Positions 61,736 through 64,000 of a stretch of 64,000 nucleotides of DNA are shown piece after piece. This stretch comes from Squalus acanthias. Its lineage: Eukaryota. The notes under the pieces were generated by a model. It saw only the letters and a list, made by a program, of their open reading frames with translations. It was not told the DNA's origin and did not search any database. The translations under genes were made by a program, and so were the position numbers. The stretch spans positions 58,778,001 through 58,842,000 of the forward strand of contig CM059432.1 of the NCBI GenBank assembly GCA_030390025.1, read 5' to 3'. Within the stretch, counting starts at the first letter, position 1. Each line of letters starts with the position of its first letter.

Positions 61736-61929
61736 TGTGCATTCTTTCTTTGTACAGAATTGGGCTTTGCATAGTGTTGCACTTGAACAATTTGAATCAG
61801 AACTGTATTTTTTGTTAGTCCCTCAAAGCTATGCAGTTTGTGTAAATTTAGCTTTTAGATTTTTCATTATTGATACTTAAAAGTGTAATCAGTATTTGCA
61901 CATAATGGCAGAAATATTTAATTATTTTG

Positions 61930-63617
61930 CTTCAGTATTTACCAGGGAGACTGATCAGATGGACATGACATCGGAAGATGAGATTCAAAATGATATAACC
62001 GCATTTAAAATAAAGAGGAGAAATATGAAATAAACCGATCAAACTCAGAGGATAAAACTCCTGGTCCAGCTGGATTGCATCTGTGCATTTTTAAAAGAAT
62101 CTAGGAAAAAGATAGCAGATGCACTACTACACATTTAATAATTCGTCAGAAAAAGTGCCAGAGGACTGGCAATAGCTAACGTAATACCTATATTTATGAA
62201 GGGAGATAGAACATGTCCAGGGAACTATAGACCAGTCAGTTTAGCATCGGTAGTAACAAAAATAATGGAATCCCTACTGAAGGAGATAATAGAAAAACAT
62301 CTAGAAACCAAAAATATAATGAATAGTCAACATGGATTTCAAAAGGGAAAGTCTTGATTAACCAACCTCATTGAAGAGGTAACCGAGAGTGTAGACAAGG
62401 GTAATGCAGTAGATGTAATATATCTAGATTTTCAAAAGGCCTTTGATAAGATAACACAATAGTCTGATGAATAAGGTCAGAGCATGTGGAATCAGGGGAC
62501 AAGTAGCAGAATGGATAGATAGATAGATGGCTGCAAGACAAAGCAAAGAGTAGGGGTAAAGGGTAGCTATTCAGAGTGGCAGAAGGTGGGAAGTAGGGTC
62601 CCACAAGGATCAGTGCTGGGACCACTGTTAACAATTTATATTAATGATTTAGACTTTGGAATCAAAAACACAATTTCTAAATTTGCAGATGACACCAAAT
62701 TTGGTGGGGTGGGTGAGGGAGGAGATTGTCAATACTGTAGAGGACTGCAACAAATTACAAGACATCATTAATAAACTTGCAGAATGGGCATATACTTGGC
62801 AAATTAATTTCAACATAGATAATGTGATGTATTACATTTTGGTAAGAAAAGTCAGGAGGTCACATATTACTTGGAAAATAAGAATCTAAATGGAGTAGAG
62901 GAACAAAGGGATCTGGGAGTACGAATACGCAAATCACAAAGTTGCAACACAGGTTAATAAGTCCATAACAAAAGCAAACCAAAGCAGTAGGGTTTATTTC
63001 TAGAAGGATTGAATTGAAAAGTAGAGAAGTTATGCTAAACTTGTGTTAACCTTGGTTAGACCACACTTAGAGTACTGTGTATAGTTCTGGTTGCCATGTT
63101 ATAGAAAGGATATATAGGCACTAGAGAGGCTGCAAAAAAGATTTACACGGTTGATACCAGAACTGCGAGGTTATACCCATTAGAAAAGGATGAACAGGCT
63201 GGGTCTCTTTTCTCTTCTCTTGAAAAGAGAAGGCTGGGGGGTGGCCTAATAGAGGTCTTTAAAATTATGAAAGGTTTTGATAGAGCAGACACAGGGCGCG
63301 TGTTTCCACTTGTGCGGAAGAGCAAAATTAGAGTTCATCCATACAAGATAGTCACCAAGAAATCAAATAGGGAATTCAGAAGAAACTTCTTTACTCAGAG
63401 TAGTGAGAATGTGGAATTTGCTGTCACAGGAAATAGTTGAGGCGAATAGTATAGATGCATTTAAGGGAAGCTAGATAAGCATATGAGAGAGAAGGGAATG
63501 GAGGGATATGCTGATAGTTAGATGAGGAAGGATGGGAGGAGGCTTGAGTGGAGCATAAATGCCGGCATGGACTGGTTGGGCCGAATGGCCTGTTTCTGTG
63601 CTGTATATTCTATGTAA
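61930..63617 (+). mobile_element. Degraded CR1, same subfamily as 23103-26430
   Basis: [35 protein letters not shown]; 3' UTR is the reverse complement of 23103-23300. Confidence 0.93.
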
Positions 63618-64000
63618 GTTGATGCAATGAAAAAGGCCCCATTTTCAAAGGATGGAACATCGTTTTGCGTAGCAACACGGTGCTGTTAGAAATTCTATTC
63701 CTTCCAGGGATTTCTGTGTTTTCATCCTCCAATTAAATGTCTTGCTAACAACCATTTGAAAAAAATCAGTGACTCTTGCAACGATTTCATTGGTTCATAG
63801 CAAATTTTACGTTGGGCGATATGCAAATGAGCTTGAGTGGCAACTCGAGGGGAAAAAACACAACTTTGGGTGCAATTTGCGCCCAGATCGCCAAAGCGGA
63901 AACTCTACCCCATAATCTATTGAATTTAAACTTCGATGCAATCTAACATACTTGGACCAGTTTCCATCTGCAATAAAACCTTTGCAATGCTTTTTAAATG

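Overview
Vertebrate genomic DNA, most likely a cartilaginous fish, inferred from the repeat set (CR1/L2 LINEs, a Deu-domain tRNA SINE, palindromic Penelope-derived repeats, PIF/Harbinger elements). The only host gene is a + strand EFR3A orthologue (PI4KA-complex scaffold). Seven consecutive internal coding exons (5390-5511, 13712-13861, 39306-39443, 48946-49024, 50794-50929, 51892-52041, 60737-60851) have GT-AG junctions, consistent phases and 890 nt of open frame; the gene starts before and ends after the window. The introns are dense, nested, mostly dead transposable elements, and nearly all long ORFs in the track are LINE or repeat debris. No prokaryote-type system is present. The most interesting non-gene signals are: (i) a dispersed Harbinger-type MITE family whose right arm carries a conserved CCAAT/E-box module followed by a splice donor; (ii) a non-coding LTR-type element with an 18-nt tRNA-Arg primer-binding site and an embedded 18S rRNA fragment; (iii) Penelope-derived insertions with hammerhead-ribozyme cores and clean TSDs; (iv) a CR1 copy with twin-priming-like 5' inversion; (v) a templated insertion that replaced one arm of a MITE hairpin; (vi) a three-level nested insertion. 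Family names and comparisons to human sequences are from memory and were not checked by search.
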